NCBI RefSeq assembly: GCF_001194135.2
Contig: NC_068987.1
Location: 14,155,663-14,219,662, forward strand
Length of the DNA: 64,000 nt
Direction: 5' to 3'
Origin: Octopus bimaculoides
Lineage: Eukaryota
Shown here: in pieces, positions 1 to 13,039 of the stretch
Layout of the letters: every line of letters begins with the position of its first letter
How positions within the stretch are numbered: the first letter of the stretch is position 1
Made by a program: the position numbers and the translations under genes
The notes under the pieces: model-generated
What the model was told of the DNA's origin: nothing
What the model saw: only the letters and a program-made list of their open reading frames with translations
Databases searched by the model: none

Positions 1-229
1 GGCACATAAAAGACACCATTTCGAGCGTGGCCGTTTTCGTGCGGGTGACACGTAAAAGCACCCACTACACTCTCTGAGTGGTTGGCGTTAGGAAGGGCAT
101 CCAGCTGTAGAAACTCTGCCAAATCAGACTGGAGCCTGGTGTTGCCATCCGGTTTCACCAGTCCTCAGTCAAATCGTCCAACCCATGCTAGCATGGAAAG
201 CGGACGTTAAACGATGATGATGATGATGA
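1..229 (+). mobile_element. 3' end of an RTE-like LINE/SINE with a (GAT)n tail
   Basis: Ends GGACGTTAAACGATGATGATG; differs at one position (129) from the reverse complement of 27333-27557, which is the 3' end of an ORF2-bearing element. Confidence 0.85.
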
Positions 230-747
230 CTGAATGAATTTCAATTATTGCTTGGTAGTAGTACTTAGTAATAAGAAGCAAAGTTAACCTTGGAGAGATT
301 TGGACATACCATGTGCATGTGTGTGTGTGAGAGAGAGAGAAGTGAAGCTTGTTTAGATTTGCCTGACATGATCACACCATCCATCACAAGACATATCATT
401 TAGGAAGTCAAGAGGATAACATCCTGTATTCTTATAAAACCGGTCACTGAAGGATTTTGCGGTATGGTTGACGCCTGTATATCCATTGTAGTGGTGGTGG
501 TGTAATTAATGAGCTCTTAGTTAGCTCTCCAGCAATGTCCTGCAAAATATATTAATCCCTCTCTCTCTCTCTCTGAACACATTAGTGATTAGAAATACAA
601 TGTCATATATAGTCTTTGTTTGATTAAATGCTTTCGTCTGAGAGAACTTGATCTGATTAATAAATTAACCAAATCTCCTTCAAATTTTTACCCCAATGAA
701 TACACTTGACAAAGTAACTCTGGATATATAAAGACACAAGAGAGAGA

Positions 748-1105
748 CATTCCTGAGGTATTTTTCGATGCTATTATTATTATTATTCAGATCACTGCCT
801 GGAATCGAACTCAGAATCTTGGGGTTAGTAGCCCGCGCTCTTAACCACTACGCCATATGTCCGTGGGCATATGGCGTAGTGGTTAAGGCTACTAACTCCA
901 AGATTCCAAGTTCGATTCCAGGCAGTGACCTGAATAATAATAATAACAACATTGGAAAATACCTTAGGAATGAGAACCCAGGTTCAAAATTTCCCCAAGA
1001 CACTGGATGAAGGCTGGAGGGTATATTAGCTGAAACATTGTGTTAACAACTCACAAAATGAGGACAAATATCCGTCAAATGTAAATAATGTAAATCTCTT
1101 AAATA
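748..1105 (+). mobile_element. Short element: inverted duplication of a tRNA-derived head followed by a hammerhead-like motif (Penelope-type/retrozyme-like)
   Basis: 748-862 and 865-972 are imperfect reverse complements. Each arm has an A box (TGGCGTAGTGG) and a B box (GTTCGATTCC). A hammerhead-like motif follows at 999-1044. No clear TSD; right boundary approximate. Confidence 0.65.
999..1044 (+). ncRNA. Decayed type I hammerhead-like motif
   Basis: GACAC-TGGATGA-A-GGCTG...TAGCT-GAAAC-ATT-GTGTT: stem I GACAC/GTGTT, stem II GGCT/AGCT, GAAAC present, but the core reads UGGAUGA rather than CUGAUGA. Confidence 0.5.
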
Positions 1106-1301
1106 AAAAACTGGATTTGATTAGTTTGACTAAACCCTTCAAGGTGGTGCTCCAGCATAGCCGCAGTCCAATGACTGAAACAAAGTGAAAGAGAAAAGAC
1201 AAGAGATAACTCTGGTATGTTCATGTCTCCTGTTGGCATTTAATTTAAAGCTCAAGGCACAGAATTAGCCAAATATTCCATCTAATATTACCAAATACAA
1301 T

Positions 1302-1508
1302 AAGCTGACAGAATCATTAGTGTGCCAGGCAAAATGCTTAGCGGCGTTTCATCTGTCTTTATGTTCTTGAGTTCAAATTCCACCAAGGTTGACTTATCCT
1401 TTCAGAGTTGATAAAGCAAGTACAAGTTGAATCCTGGAGCTGGTGCAAATAACTTATCTCCTGCCCCAGAACTGCTGGCCTTGTGCCAAAATTTGAAACC
1501 AATATTAC
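1302..1508 (+). mobile_element. tRNA-derived cephalopod SINE (OK-like family)
   Basis: GCAGAATCGTTAG-like head, TGAGTTCAAATTCC B box, shared core and GGCCTTGTGCCAAAATTTGAAACC tail; more than 15 related copies in the window (e.g. 6340, 8177, 25780, 31050, 36800, 37420, 47000, 52960). Confidence 0.8.
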
Positions 1509-2400
1509 CAAGTACAATGATGCCAAGATTTGTTGATTATTTTCATTTGAGTTTAGTCTTCTCCAACACTGTCTTGAATTATTGTCAGTATTAATATTGC
1601 TGTAAATGCGTGGGAAACAACCCCAACCTGCTGTTACTAATCCATGAAAATCAATACTTCAAAAGGAAACCACACACTAAAAGTTTAAACTGATAATAGA
1701 GAGATTGATAAAATACATGAAAAGATTACATTGAAATAACAGAAGCAGGGCAGAGAAATAACTGCGTGGGATGATAAAGTCGTAAAGAATCATTACAAAG
1801 TCTAGTGTAAGATTTCTCACTAGAGTTCTTTTCTGTAGCTTTGGTGTCCTTACTAAACTTTCACAACCACACTGGAAATCAATATAAATATATATACAAG
1901 TTTATATTATATTGTGAACCAATGTGTGTGTGTGTGTATCTGTTGTAGGATGTGAGCTTTGTACTTGTAAAAAGAGTTTATATACATATGCAGGTGTCAT
2001 TTTCTTTTTACTGATTTCACTCACCGGACTGTGGCCTTGTCAGCTGCTCTGAAATCAAAACACCATTCTTTTGTGGTATAGTATATAGCAGTGCTCCGCA
2101 AGCGGTATGTTGTGGGACACAGGTGTGCCATGAGATTAACCTGAATATTATTTTTTCCCTATACTTTTAGTTATGTTTTTAGCTCAGATGTACCACTGAA
2201 TTTTGGAAAGAATATAAATGTACTGCAAGGGAAAAAAGGTTGCAGAGAACTGGTATATAGTACAGTGTGGTGTGGTGTGGTGTGGTATAATGTAGTAGTT
2301 TAGTGCATTTTCTTAAATAACTCCAGCTTGTTTTATGTCTCTTGTGGCTGTTAATTTAAAGCTAAACACAATTTATTCAAATATTTTTTTTCCTTTGCTT

Positions 2401-2460
2401 ATGTGTTCTCAAATGTGTTGCTTCTCAAATGTGTTCTCAAATGTGTTGCTTCTCAAATGT
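2401..2460. repeat. Tandem repeat, about 2.1 x 28 bp (ATGTGTTCTCAAATGTGTTGCTTCTCAA)
   Basis: Read directly; the unit is itself built from TTCTCAAATGTG subrepeats. Confidence 0.85.
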
Positions 2461-2669
2461 CTTTGTTTACATTCAGAGCTTAAAGGTAATTCATATTCTA
2501 ATATTGTGCTGAGACTACATTCATTAACAACATGTAATAAAATATATTTCTAAATGAAATACAAAATTACACAAATTATTTGCATTATTTTTTTTTACAA
2601 TATCAACAGTTGCCGTTCACCAAATGTATGATACTGCTGAGTTTATTGAAAATAATTCTTAAAAAAGAA

Positions 2670-2701
<32 letters not shown>

Positions 2702-4156
2702 CAACTAATTTACATTATTCTCAATAAGATTTAACAAGAAAAGATCAATTGAAAATAGAAAATCAATACCTTAACAGTTTGGAGGGAAAAGTGTATAAAT
2801 AAAATATATATATATATAATATATAGGAGTTTATTTAAATCCGCCATGAAAAATAGTTGAGGTGTAGCTGTGAATTCAGTTGCTAAAATAATACTCTGAA
2901 AAAATTCTCTGTTAAAAAAATGTATATCTTACTTTATAACAATTTATTTTTTAAAAAAAACATTAGCATTTGTGATCCAGATATGAGCTGAAAGTAAGCT
3001 ATCACCTAGAAATTCTCTTTCAGAAGACACCTGTATGATAAAGATGAATTTGGGAGGTAGTACAAATATTTATAAAATTACCTCGTTAACATTTTTCTTT
3101 TTTGTTTTAATCTCCAATTTCAAAAAGGTTTGAAGTAATACAAAAAAAAAAAAATTGAAATAAAGAAAAAATTTATTTATAAAATACTTTATTGAACTCC
3201 CAGAATTCTCATATGATATGCAGTTTTTTTTTTTTTTTATCAGTAAGGGAGTTAAAAAAAAAATAGAAAGAAAAACATAAAATCTATTAGAGAAATTATG
3301 TAAGGGCAGATCCACAATTTCTCCTGTATTTCTTGAGGACAAGAGAAGAGAAATCAAACTTTGATTATAATTGAACATAAACAGAAAAATTACTTTCTGG
3401 AAATATGTCATGATGAAGCTGTATCTATTGAAACTGACCAGCAGACTATCTCCACTCAAGTATGAAGAGATGCTGCAATGAGACAGGATGTGGAGATTAA
3501 AAAAAAAAATTTTTTTAAAATTTTTTAATGGTGGGCAAATAAAATATATATATATGTATCCCAACATTTTTGTTATGAACAAACTTAGTAAGTAAAGCTG
3601 TACAAATGTGGAAACTTCACCTTGAGCACATCCAGATCTTCTGGCTATAATACTGACAGTTAGGATTTCTTCTCACTATTCCAACATTAATTTGCCTCAG
3701 ATCATCTGAAAAGCAATAGACTAGGATGGATTGTTTTGAGAATTGCTTCATAGCTATGCTCTCTACTTTTTAGCATTAGATATATATAAAACATTTTNNN
3801 NNNNNNNNNNNNNNNNNNNNNNNNNNNNNNNNNNNNNNNNNNNNNNNNNNNNNNNNNNNNNNNNNNNNNNNNNNNNNNNNNNNNNNNNNNNNNNNNNNNN
3901 NNNNNNNNNNNNNNNNNNNNNNNNNNNNNNNNNNNNNNNNNNNNNNNNNNNNNNNNNNNNNNNNNNNNNNNNNNNNNNNNNNNNNNNNNNNNNNNNNNNN
4001 NNNNNNNNNNNNNNNNNNNNNNNNNNNNNNNNNNNNNNNNNNNNNNNNNNNNNNNNNNNNNNNNNNNNNNNNNNNNNNNNNNNNNNNNNNNNNNNNNNNN
4101 NNNNNNNNNNNNNNNNNNNNNNNNNNNNNNNNNNNNNNNNNNNNNNNNNNNNNNNN

Positions 4157-4362
4157 TTATTCACTCTTGTCTTTGGTTTTCCATCTTGATACACCTGGTA
4201 TTGGCACTCTGGTTACGACGGCATGGCCGACATCATATCCTTTCCCTGCCACCCACTTTACACTTCCAACACCAAGGCTCACAGCTCCTGTTGCTGCACC
4301 AGTTGCTGTACTATACAAACCACTTGAAACCCGCCAGATCATACTGGGTTGTTTGCTTGGAT
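4157..4362 (-). CDS. TMEM263: TMEM263 terminal coding exon (DPSKQPSMIWRVSSGLYSTATGAATGAVSLGVGSVKWVAGKGYDVGHAVVTRVPIPGVSRWKTKDKSE*)
   Basis: Resembles the Gly-rich TMEM263/C12orf23 core and KDKSD-type C-terminus. Acceptor TCTCAG at 4363-4368, phase 1, TAA at 4157-4159. Confidence 0.9.
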
Positions 4363-4489
4363 CTGAGATTGAGACAAAAAATTTTTTTTTAAATTAAAAT
4401 AAAAAATCCCTAAAAATGTTCATACATTTACCAAATATTTAGAACAATATATTAAGACAAATACATAAGAAAATCAACTGACATTGTAT

Positions 4490-4690
4490 TTAACCCTTTA
4501 GCATTCAGATTTTTTTTGTTAAATGTAAAGCTTATTTATTCATATTGTTTTGAATTAATCATACATTTATCTTGTAGCTTCAAGATTTTGATGATGTGGA
4601 AGTTTATGTTTAGAATGACACTGTAGAGTGGGTGTGAAGCTGGTAGAATATTTTCGCTTTATGTGGCAGGATTAAATGCTAAAGGGTTAA
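4490..4690. mobile_element. TTAA-flanked MITE family A (piggyBac-like ends)
   Basis: TTAA|CCCTTTAGCATT ... AATGCTAAAGGG|TTAA; further copies at 14990-15200, 16681-16901, 26077-26302, 50663-50873 and a partial copy near 46170-46440. Confidence 0.85.
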
Positions 4691-7119
4691 ACAAGGGTAT
4701 CTTGGTTTGGTGGAGACGATTGAAATATTTAAATCACAATGTCTTCAACACACACACATTGAAGTTAGAGGAAGACCCATAGACAAAGTCAATTCTATAG
4801 TTTAGGTCAGTGGTTCTTAACCTTTTCTTGTAGTGCCTCCGTCTTCCTTTTAAGTAGTTGCTATGCCTAGCACCAATGTAAGTGGTGAATGAGGTATCAT
4901 GACTAAACTAACTTAACATGGTTGATAATATATTTTACTATAAAAACACTGTATAAGCTTTTAACAGTGAACGATGCAAAAATTAACAAAGACAGAAGTT
5001 ATAAATTTACTTTATATATTGCAAGTTAATGACTTCTCTGAGCCACATGAGATCTTGTTTTATTATTATAACCATAACTAGTTTTATCAAGTACAATATA
5101 ATTATTACTGTAGGTAAAATTTAGTATGTCGTGTTACTTCGTTGTCTCCTCACCACTCCCTAAAACCTCAATGTCAAGTACCCCCTTTGAGAGGAGGGGC
5201 AGTACTGCCCACATTGAGAACCTCAGATCTATATGCTTCACTAAAGTACTGTATTTGAAGGCATAAAAGATACATGAATATATTAGATGCCCCAAAATAT
5301 CACCAGGAAACAATGTTTTTGTGCACTGAAAGCTCATGAGAGGCTCAGCTTTGTATACAAGACCCAGTGTGATTTTAAAGACATTTTTCTGGGGGTCAAA
5401 AAATGCATTTTACATTAGTAAGGCATGTATTACGTTTGTCCACTTATATTTCTCAACCAATGAATCCCATGGTGGCACTTTTTCTCACCCTTCCCCTCTA
5501 AACTGCATCCAAGTAGAATTTTCTTTCAACTTGTGTTTTCTTCTTTAACCAATCATCTTGAAACACCTTAAATTAAGCTTACTGGCCTCCCCTACCAGTC
5601 CAGACACCAGTTTAAGAAGGCATGAGAAACCTATAGCTATAGCCCTTTCATCTCAAATATATAAATAAGACCCAAAGACCAAGTTTTTCAGTGATTAGAT
5701 CTACCCACTAATTAGAGGAAATTTAAACCAAAAAGACGTTAAGAAAGTACAGACTAAAACAATAAAGGATGAAAATTCTGATATAAAAAAGGAAAAAGAA
5801 AGTTTCCAATTTAAAATGACAAAACAGAATTCTGTAGTAGTTCAATGATTGAGCTAGACAACTATTAAGTTAACATCCTGCTACTAGCTGTATCTTCAAC
5901 TCTGGCTACTAGTGTCACTGTGATTTCATGGTTCAGTAATCACAATTACATTATAGCATCCAATTGCAAAATACCACATACAACAACAACGACAAAAATA
6001 AAAAAAATATGTAACTAACTTTGTAGAAGTTACATAACTCTGTTAAAGAAAAATAAAAAACATGTACATCCCTGCAAGCTGGTAATTGAATTAAGTCTTA
6101 AAATTGAATGAACAAGAAGATGCAACCGACAGAAAATTTAAGACAGCACATTCATACGTATAATGCAAAGATGAGAAATTCAATTTAAGGGTAATTTTAT
6201 TTTTTTTCCTTAATTTAACTTTTTTTTTTTCCTTCTCCAGTTTGAAATTTCAATCTGAATGAAATAAAATTTAAAATTCTAATTTGAACTTAAATTAGAA
6301 TTCCTGTTATATAACTTAATTTTATAGAACTGAAATTCAGGGCAGTGGATCAGCAGAATTGTTAGAATATCAAAAATTCTGTGCTGTATTTATTTTGGCT
6401 CTTTACAGTCTGAGTTCAAACCCACCCAGATTGACTTTGCCTTTCATCCAGAAGGAACTGATAAAATAAAACACTAGTTGTGTACTGGGTACCAATACTC
6501 CTAACTAATCCCTCCCCTTTTGGGGTCGATAGATTAAGTACCAGTTACGCACTGGGGTCGATGTAATCGACTTAATCCCTTTGTCCTTGTTTGTCCCCTC
6601 TTTGTTTAGCCCCTTGTGGGCAATAAAGAAATAAGGGTGGCGTTCCAATTCAAAATTCATGAAAATTATAGAGAAATATCTAAAAAGAAAACTTGTTGCA
6701 GCTAATATTTGCGATTCTGGTGATGGTTGCATTGTTTTTTTTATGGGAAAGGAAAGAACTAAACTTGACTGTGTCGAAAATAACCATGAACATTCCATTA
6801 TAGGATTAACTATGAAAGTGGCAAACCATATATGAAGTAATTAGCATGAATAGAAAGCAATTATGTGTTGATAGTGTTAATGGAAATTATGTGACATTTA
6901 TTATTATTCACCATCCTTCCACCCACAAAGAAATCTGCCTAATGTATTTTATATAAATGTAGCTGAGTGATTAAGGAGTTTGCTTCCCAACAACATGGAT
7001 TGTGGGTCCAGTTCCACTGTGTGGTACCTTGGGTAAGTGTCTTCAACTGTAGCCCCAGGGTCAACCAAAACCTTGAGTGGATTTGGGGGAAGCTGAAAAA
7101 AAACCAGCTGCATATTATA

Positions 7120-7281
7120 TGAGAGTGAATCAGGGGCAGACTGAGCTGTCAGTCAATCAGGCACTGTCTGAGGGCCTGGTAAATAGTTATGTTTGAGGAC
7201 CCTTAATACTCTCAGTCCGCTCCTGGAGTGAATCAAAAAGTAATGCAATTATAAATTGCATTACTTTCTGACTCACCCTCA
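7120..7281. mobile_element. Tiny mariner-like MITE hairpin interrupted by a hAT MITE
   Basis: TA|TGAGAGTGAATCAAAAAGTAATGCAAT-TATAA-ATTGCATTACTTTCTGACTCACCCTCA|TA once the insert is removed; TA target sites at 7118-7119 and 7282-7283. Confidence 0.7.
7131..7225. mobile_element. 95-bp hAT-type MITE
   Basis: TIRs CAGGGGCAGACTGAG / CTCAGTCCGCTCCTG (13 of 15 complementary); perfect 8-bp TSD GAGTGAAT at 7123-7130 and 7226-7233. Confidence 0.85.
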
Positions 7282-7726
7282 TATACATATGTATGTCTGT
7301 CTGTCTTTATATATGAATATATGTGTGGGTGTTTGTATCTCTTTGTCTTGGCATTGCATGGTTGTTGGTAAATGAGTGTTGTTCATTTCAGGTATTCTGT
7401 GAAAACATGTCTGGCCCCATGGCCAGACATTTCCTTGCTCAACAACAGGTAAGGGTTGGCAACAAGAAGGGCATCAAGCTGTAGAAAATTTGTTTCAATA
7501 AATTCCATCTGACCCATGTAAGAATCAAAAAGCTTATTACTACAATTGTGAGGAGTACGGCTTGAAAGAATGAAAGGCAAAGTTGGTCTTGGTGGGTTCT
7601 GAACTCTATTACAATGTTATTAAATCAGATAGAATAGAAGGATCTGAGGAAACTAGTAATTTGATAGCCTCCATCCATAAATATTTCGTAAGAGGAATAA
7701 ATAGGCCAGACCCTTGTCAAAGAGAA

Positions 7727-7771
7727 AGAGAGAGGAGGAGGAGAGGGGAAGAGAGAGAGAGAGAGAGAGGA

Positions 7772-7839
<68 letters not shown>

Positions 7840-7945
7840 TAAGAGAGAAAAAATGGAGAGAGAGAGAGAGAGAAAGAAAAAGGAAGAGAGAAAGAAAAAG
7901 GAAGAGAGAGAGGGAAAAAAGAGAGAGAAAGGAAGAGAGAAAGCA
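7727..7945. repeat. (GA)n-rich microsatellite, representative of many (TA)n, (CA)n, (GA)n, (GATA)n and (AAT)n tracts
   Basis: Read directly; most N gaps abut such tracts. Confidence 0.9.
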
Positions 7946-8583
7946 AAATGTCTTTTGAAGGTACCAATGGTCTTATTAATTTTCTTAAGATCCCACTGTT
8001 TTTAATATCATTTGAAATTACAGTTCAAGGTTACGCAATCTAATAGATTAAAATCTGCCAAAAATGTAATCCATCCATTTTTCCAACTTATTTCAATTCT
8101 TAGTTTCACACACATGGTCTTTTTTCTTCTTTACTTCAATTACATATATACTTTTCAGTTTGTGTTTGTTTTTAAATATTGATTTCAAATTTTGGCACAA
8201 GGCCAGCTATTCCAGGGAAGAGGATAAGTTGATTACATCAACCTCAGTGTTCAACTGGTACTCATTTTATTGACCCCAAAAGGATAAAAGGCAAAGTCGA
8301 CCTTGGATGAATTTGAACTCAGACTATAAAGATAGATGAAATGTTTTTAGATATTAATAGTGATATTTAAACCCCTCTCATACAACTCACCAGACTGCTC
8401 CTTGTTCTATGATACAAATGTCCTGTTTTTCAGTGATCTAAAATCAAGCTTTCCATCAAAATCTAGTATATATAAATTGCAGTATGTGTGTGAATAATAA
8501 CTAATGCATACATTTCCACAATTCCCAACTGATTTTCTCCAAACTTTACACACACATTAGTTGTGTCCCAGGGATGGTCATGC

Positions 8584-8743
8584 ACTATACTCTCGGAGTG
8601 GTTGGCGTTAGGAAGGGCATCCAGCTGTAGAAACTCTGCCAGATCAGATTGGAGCCTGGTGCAGCCATCTGGTTTGCCAGTCCTCAGTCAAATCGTCCAA
8701 CCCATGCTAGCATGGAAAGCAGACGTTAAACGATGATGATGAT
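8584..8743 (+). mobile_element. 5'-truncated RTE-like 3' tail
   Basis: Same sequence family as 1-229, ending GACGTTAAACGATGATGATGAT. Confidence 0.8.
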
Positions 8744-11089
8744 AAACTATAACAAATTAGTTTTAAGATTTAAACAAACAAAAAATCTTCAACGAAGCAT
8801 TGAAAATAATTCCTACATGCTGCTGTAGACACAGCTGTTAGAATCATAAGAACTTATATTAGACTTCATGTGAAATAGTGCAATCACATCTCAGGATAGC
8901 ATACCTTAGAGACCTAATTACACAAGATCGATGAAGACATACTATGTAGCAGGCAGACAAAACAAATTACTCAGGTATTTAGTTTCCCACAGCCTAAGCA
9001 ATTACACTCCTCCTATTTCCTTTCTCTCAATCTCTTATTTCCTCTCTACTCTTTCTCTGACATTAGTTTCATACTCCTCATGCTAATTGAATAATGAACG
9101 AAGAAATTAGGCAATCATAATTTATTTTTCACTGGTATAACCTGTACATTATGTTCCCTGTTGTTTAACTGCTTTGACATTAAATTCCTTCCAAAGTCAT
9201 AAATTAATTTTTATTAGTTAGCATTGTTGGACGGGTAGAGGAGGATGCTTATAAAATTGGCAGCCTTTCTAAATTGGCCAATTGAGGTTAAAGTTGTTGA
9301 AGCTCAATTCAAACTACTTCAGCTTAATGATTCAAAGGAAAACATTTCATAGTTTTGGAATTCTAAGGGAAGAAGGATTAAGAAAAGTGTCCAGTAATCT
9401 TACTGAAGATGAATGTATTGAAAAGGTCTTTAATCTCCAGTACAAAAGACAGGAAATGTACCATACTAAAAATTGAATTAAGGGAAATAACACATTAAAA
9501 AAAAAACAAAAAAACTTGTGAAATAACTAGTTCTGATCCTGAAAACTGACATTTAGTCATTGGTTAGAATTAACATTTATGTTGTTAGCTGTTTTAGTTG
9601 TTTCATATATCTCAATGTAGATCAAATAGTTTTCTCCTTGAGAATATCCAGTAAATAATACAATATTTCCATCCATTATTCCTAGGAAGGAAATAAGAGT
9701 GGGGTGGGGTGTTGAGAGTCCTCAAGTACCTCTTCTGTATGGTTCTATCAGAAGTAATTGTAATTAAACTTTTCAGCTGGATTCCTAAGCATGACCAACT
9801 AAGACTTTAAAGTTTCCTGATGGTTGGCTTGAAGAATCTGTCTTTCAATTCTTTCCAGCAACTATTGCAATATCTGTTGGTTGTAAATAAAACAGTCAAA
9901 TATATAAGAATGTAGTGCCATACTACTTTAATCTGCTATTTTGGAACAATTTTTTTAGCGTCTTCAATATGTATGCTTCATTGCTTCTGTTTTGTATCAT
10001 AGGTCAAGGATTTGAAAATGTATGGCTTCAGCAAGATTGCAAAAGTGTTTCATATAAAATCTGAGAGATACAATACAATAGTATTGATCAAACAGAGAAG
10101 ACATAAGCAATGAATAGACTGCAGTTGTTTAGCTCAAGGTCAGCTCAGATTAACATCTGTTTGAGTCACATGACATGACAAAATAAGTATAAGAACAACA
10201 TTAATGCTATAATTGAGTCATTACTGAAGATGTTTTTATTTTGTAAATTTTCAACACCACGTCACTGTCCTGGAACCGAAATCTCTTTCAAATGATTTAA
10301 ATATTTGAGCCATCTAAGTATAAAACCTTTGTTAGTTGTCAGGACACGCACAACTTCTAAAATGATTCAAAGATAATGACTTTTAGCAGTGATTACTAAA
10401 TATTTTTTGTCCTTTCTTTCTACATTCCATATTATGCAGAATTATAACATTAATATACACACATACATGTAATACTGTTCTGACAAGAGGATCTCACAAT
10501 ACTATACCAGGTAATAATAATACATATAAAAATTTTCCAATAAAGTAATTATAAACTAAATGCTTCTTAAAGAATGCTTAAAGCAAAACTAATGACTACA
10601 GGTGTGGATGGCAAATGGTAGTGGCCACTTTTGGAAATGCTGATGTAGAAAACAGTGTCCCCACCTCCACACGCTTTTAGGGTCTGGAGAGGAAGTGCCT
10701 ATAGCTTTTGCAGCCCCTCTAAATTGATACCATAAATGGACTACATGAATCTTTGCAAGTCAGTACTTGCAAAAATGAAATGAGCAAGGAGGGAATTTCA
10801 GAAGGCTGAAGTTCTGGGAAGGAAGGACGGGGTGTAGTGATTGATTAATGCAACTATTTTATCCTTTATCTCACTGATTTTCAGTAACTTGAAACAAAAC
10901 AGCTATTTGTTCTCAGGAACACATACGGCAATAAAAAGAGTGAAGTTGAAACTGTAGTTACGTTCTTCTAGCAGTGATTACTAAATACTTTTGATCCTCT
11001 CTCTGTCTCATCCCTCAAGCATAATTATAACATTATATTTTAGCAGTCAAGAACTTCACTCCACAGCCACAATACCTTGCAGTCCAATA

Positions 11090-11560
11090 TCCAATATCTG
11101 GGACATCATCACCCTTGAAAGAGGAACCCCTCCCTGGATTTCTTCCACTGCTGTCCGTCTCTGGCCTGTCATAGCCATATAGACTTCTAGGTAGAGGGTG
11201 AGATCATCTCACCATCTTATCTTTTGTTGGCCTCTTGGCCTTGGTGTCCATTCTATCACTGATTGTCCATCTGTTGTCCTTCATTCATGCGATGCTGCCA
11301 GCCCATCTATATTTGTTCTCCTTGATGGTTCTTATAATGTCATTGACTCTTGTGTGCTTTTGAATCCAGGTGTTGGGTTTCTTGTCCTGCAATGTGATGC
11401 CGAGCACGATTCGTTTTGTTTTCCACTGGGCTACAATGAGGGTGTTCATTGTGGTAGTGTTGAGAGCCCATGTTTCACTGCTGCAAATCAGCCCTGGCAG
11501 GATGTACCTGAAGATCTTGGCAGTAATAATATTCAAATAAATTCATTCATATTGGCAGCA
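11090..11560 (-). mobile_element. Decayed RTE-clade LINE ORF2 C-terminal fragment
   Basis: Translation ILPGLICSSETWAL...LGITLQDKKPNTWI...KYRWAGSIA matches the typical RTE C-terminus (LPVLxYGSETW, IRxxKWRWAGHIAR); frameshifts follow. Confidence 0.8.
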
Positions 11561-12999
11561 CAGAGTTGTTTATCTTAAAATCCTACCACATTTGCAAATG
11601 AAATTATTTGTTGAACATTCTTATCATTTCTCCCATTTTTCACATTTTTTTTGTTTTTAACAAATTAACTAATCAGAGACAATTGAAACTTAATTAAAAC
11701 ATGTACACCAATAACATGTGGATCAGACCCAGATAACTGAAATATTGTTTGTGGTAAGGGAAACTAATGAGCATGTATCTAGAAAGATATTTTTAAAGTT
11801 TTGGATGAATGACTCCTTTCACCCCCCACCCCAAAATAAAAGATGATCTACTTGGAAAAAATTCATCTAAATATATCTACAAGATTTGTGCGTCAGTTGT
11901 TATACTTTTAAAAGTAGTTTTAAGAAGTCAGGCATCATGGAAACCTGCCAGCATGGAATTGTAACATCAAATTTCTTGTTTCTGCTGCTGCTGTTACTTC
12001 TAAATAACCAAATATTTAACAAAATTTTTAAAAAGATGAATATCACCTTTTTACTCAATACTAAATCTTCATAAGTTTACAAAACTTCATAAATTAAAAT
12101 TAAATTTTTTTCTTAAAAATCAGTTGTTTACTTCAGAAAGTGGATCTGCTATTACGAAACTATAAATAAATATATAAAAGCATCATTATCACTATCACAA
12201 ATATAGGTTGTGAAACAGATAATTTGTTTGTTAGTGGGAAGAGTAGGTGATAGCTGCTTTCATGACACACTGATTTGATTTTATTAGATTTTTTTTTTTC
12301 TTTTTGGCATTTACCAAAATACAAAATGCCAATTTCTCTCAACCTATGAGATGAAACATGAAAAAGAATGGAAAATGAACACTTATTTAATTAAGCTTCT
12401 TTTATCTTTTTCAATAACTTGAAGTTAACACAGAATGTAGCAGAAGTGAGGAGAATATAAGACAGAGAGGAATGAAGCAGTTCCCAAGTAAAATGTAACC
12501 CTAAAAAGGTAACCTGAACTAAAGTTGATATAGTCAGGAAGTAGAAGTATCATATTTTGTCTGCAAGAGCACCAACTGTCAGTATATAATACATATGGTA
12601 AGAATAGACAAAAGATGAATGTTGCAGTTAAGTTGCTAATATAACTTATTTCCTAGATTCCAGGGCATGGCTTCATAACTTTATTAAAAACATTACACTG
12701 AATCCTTGAGCAACGTATATTTATTAGCTTTCACTTCATATAAATAATGTCTGCATTAGAAATGTATGATGCATGACATAATTTTGCTAGTGTCACAAGC
12801 AGACTGTCCCAAACAAGGCTATAAAAGATCTACAGAGCAGATTAAAAGGTCCATGTTTGTTTTCACACAATTTAAAACAAAAGAATAGCAGATCAAATGC
12901 CCAGAAGAATGAAAAGAACATTACAGTTAGATAAACAGTGTTTACTACATTGGTGTATTTATATAACAATAATGCATAAAGAAAACATTATGCATGGTC

Positions 13000-13039
<40 letters not shown>

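Noticed and set aside
780-935. Apparent tRNA gene(s)
   Set aside because: A and B boxes are present but there is no complete acceptor stem, and the sequence is part of an inverted repeat element, so it is a SINE-type head.
3070-3582. 170-aa minus-strand ORF
   Set aside because: Low-complexity Phe/Lys/Ile translation of AT-rich, poly-T sequence, probably TMEM263 3' UTR; no recognisable domain.
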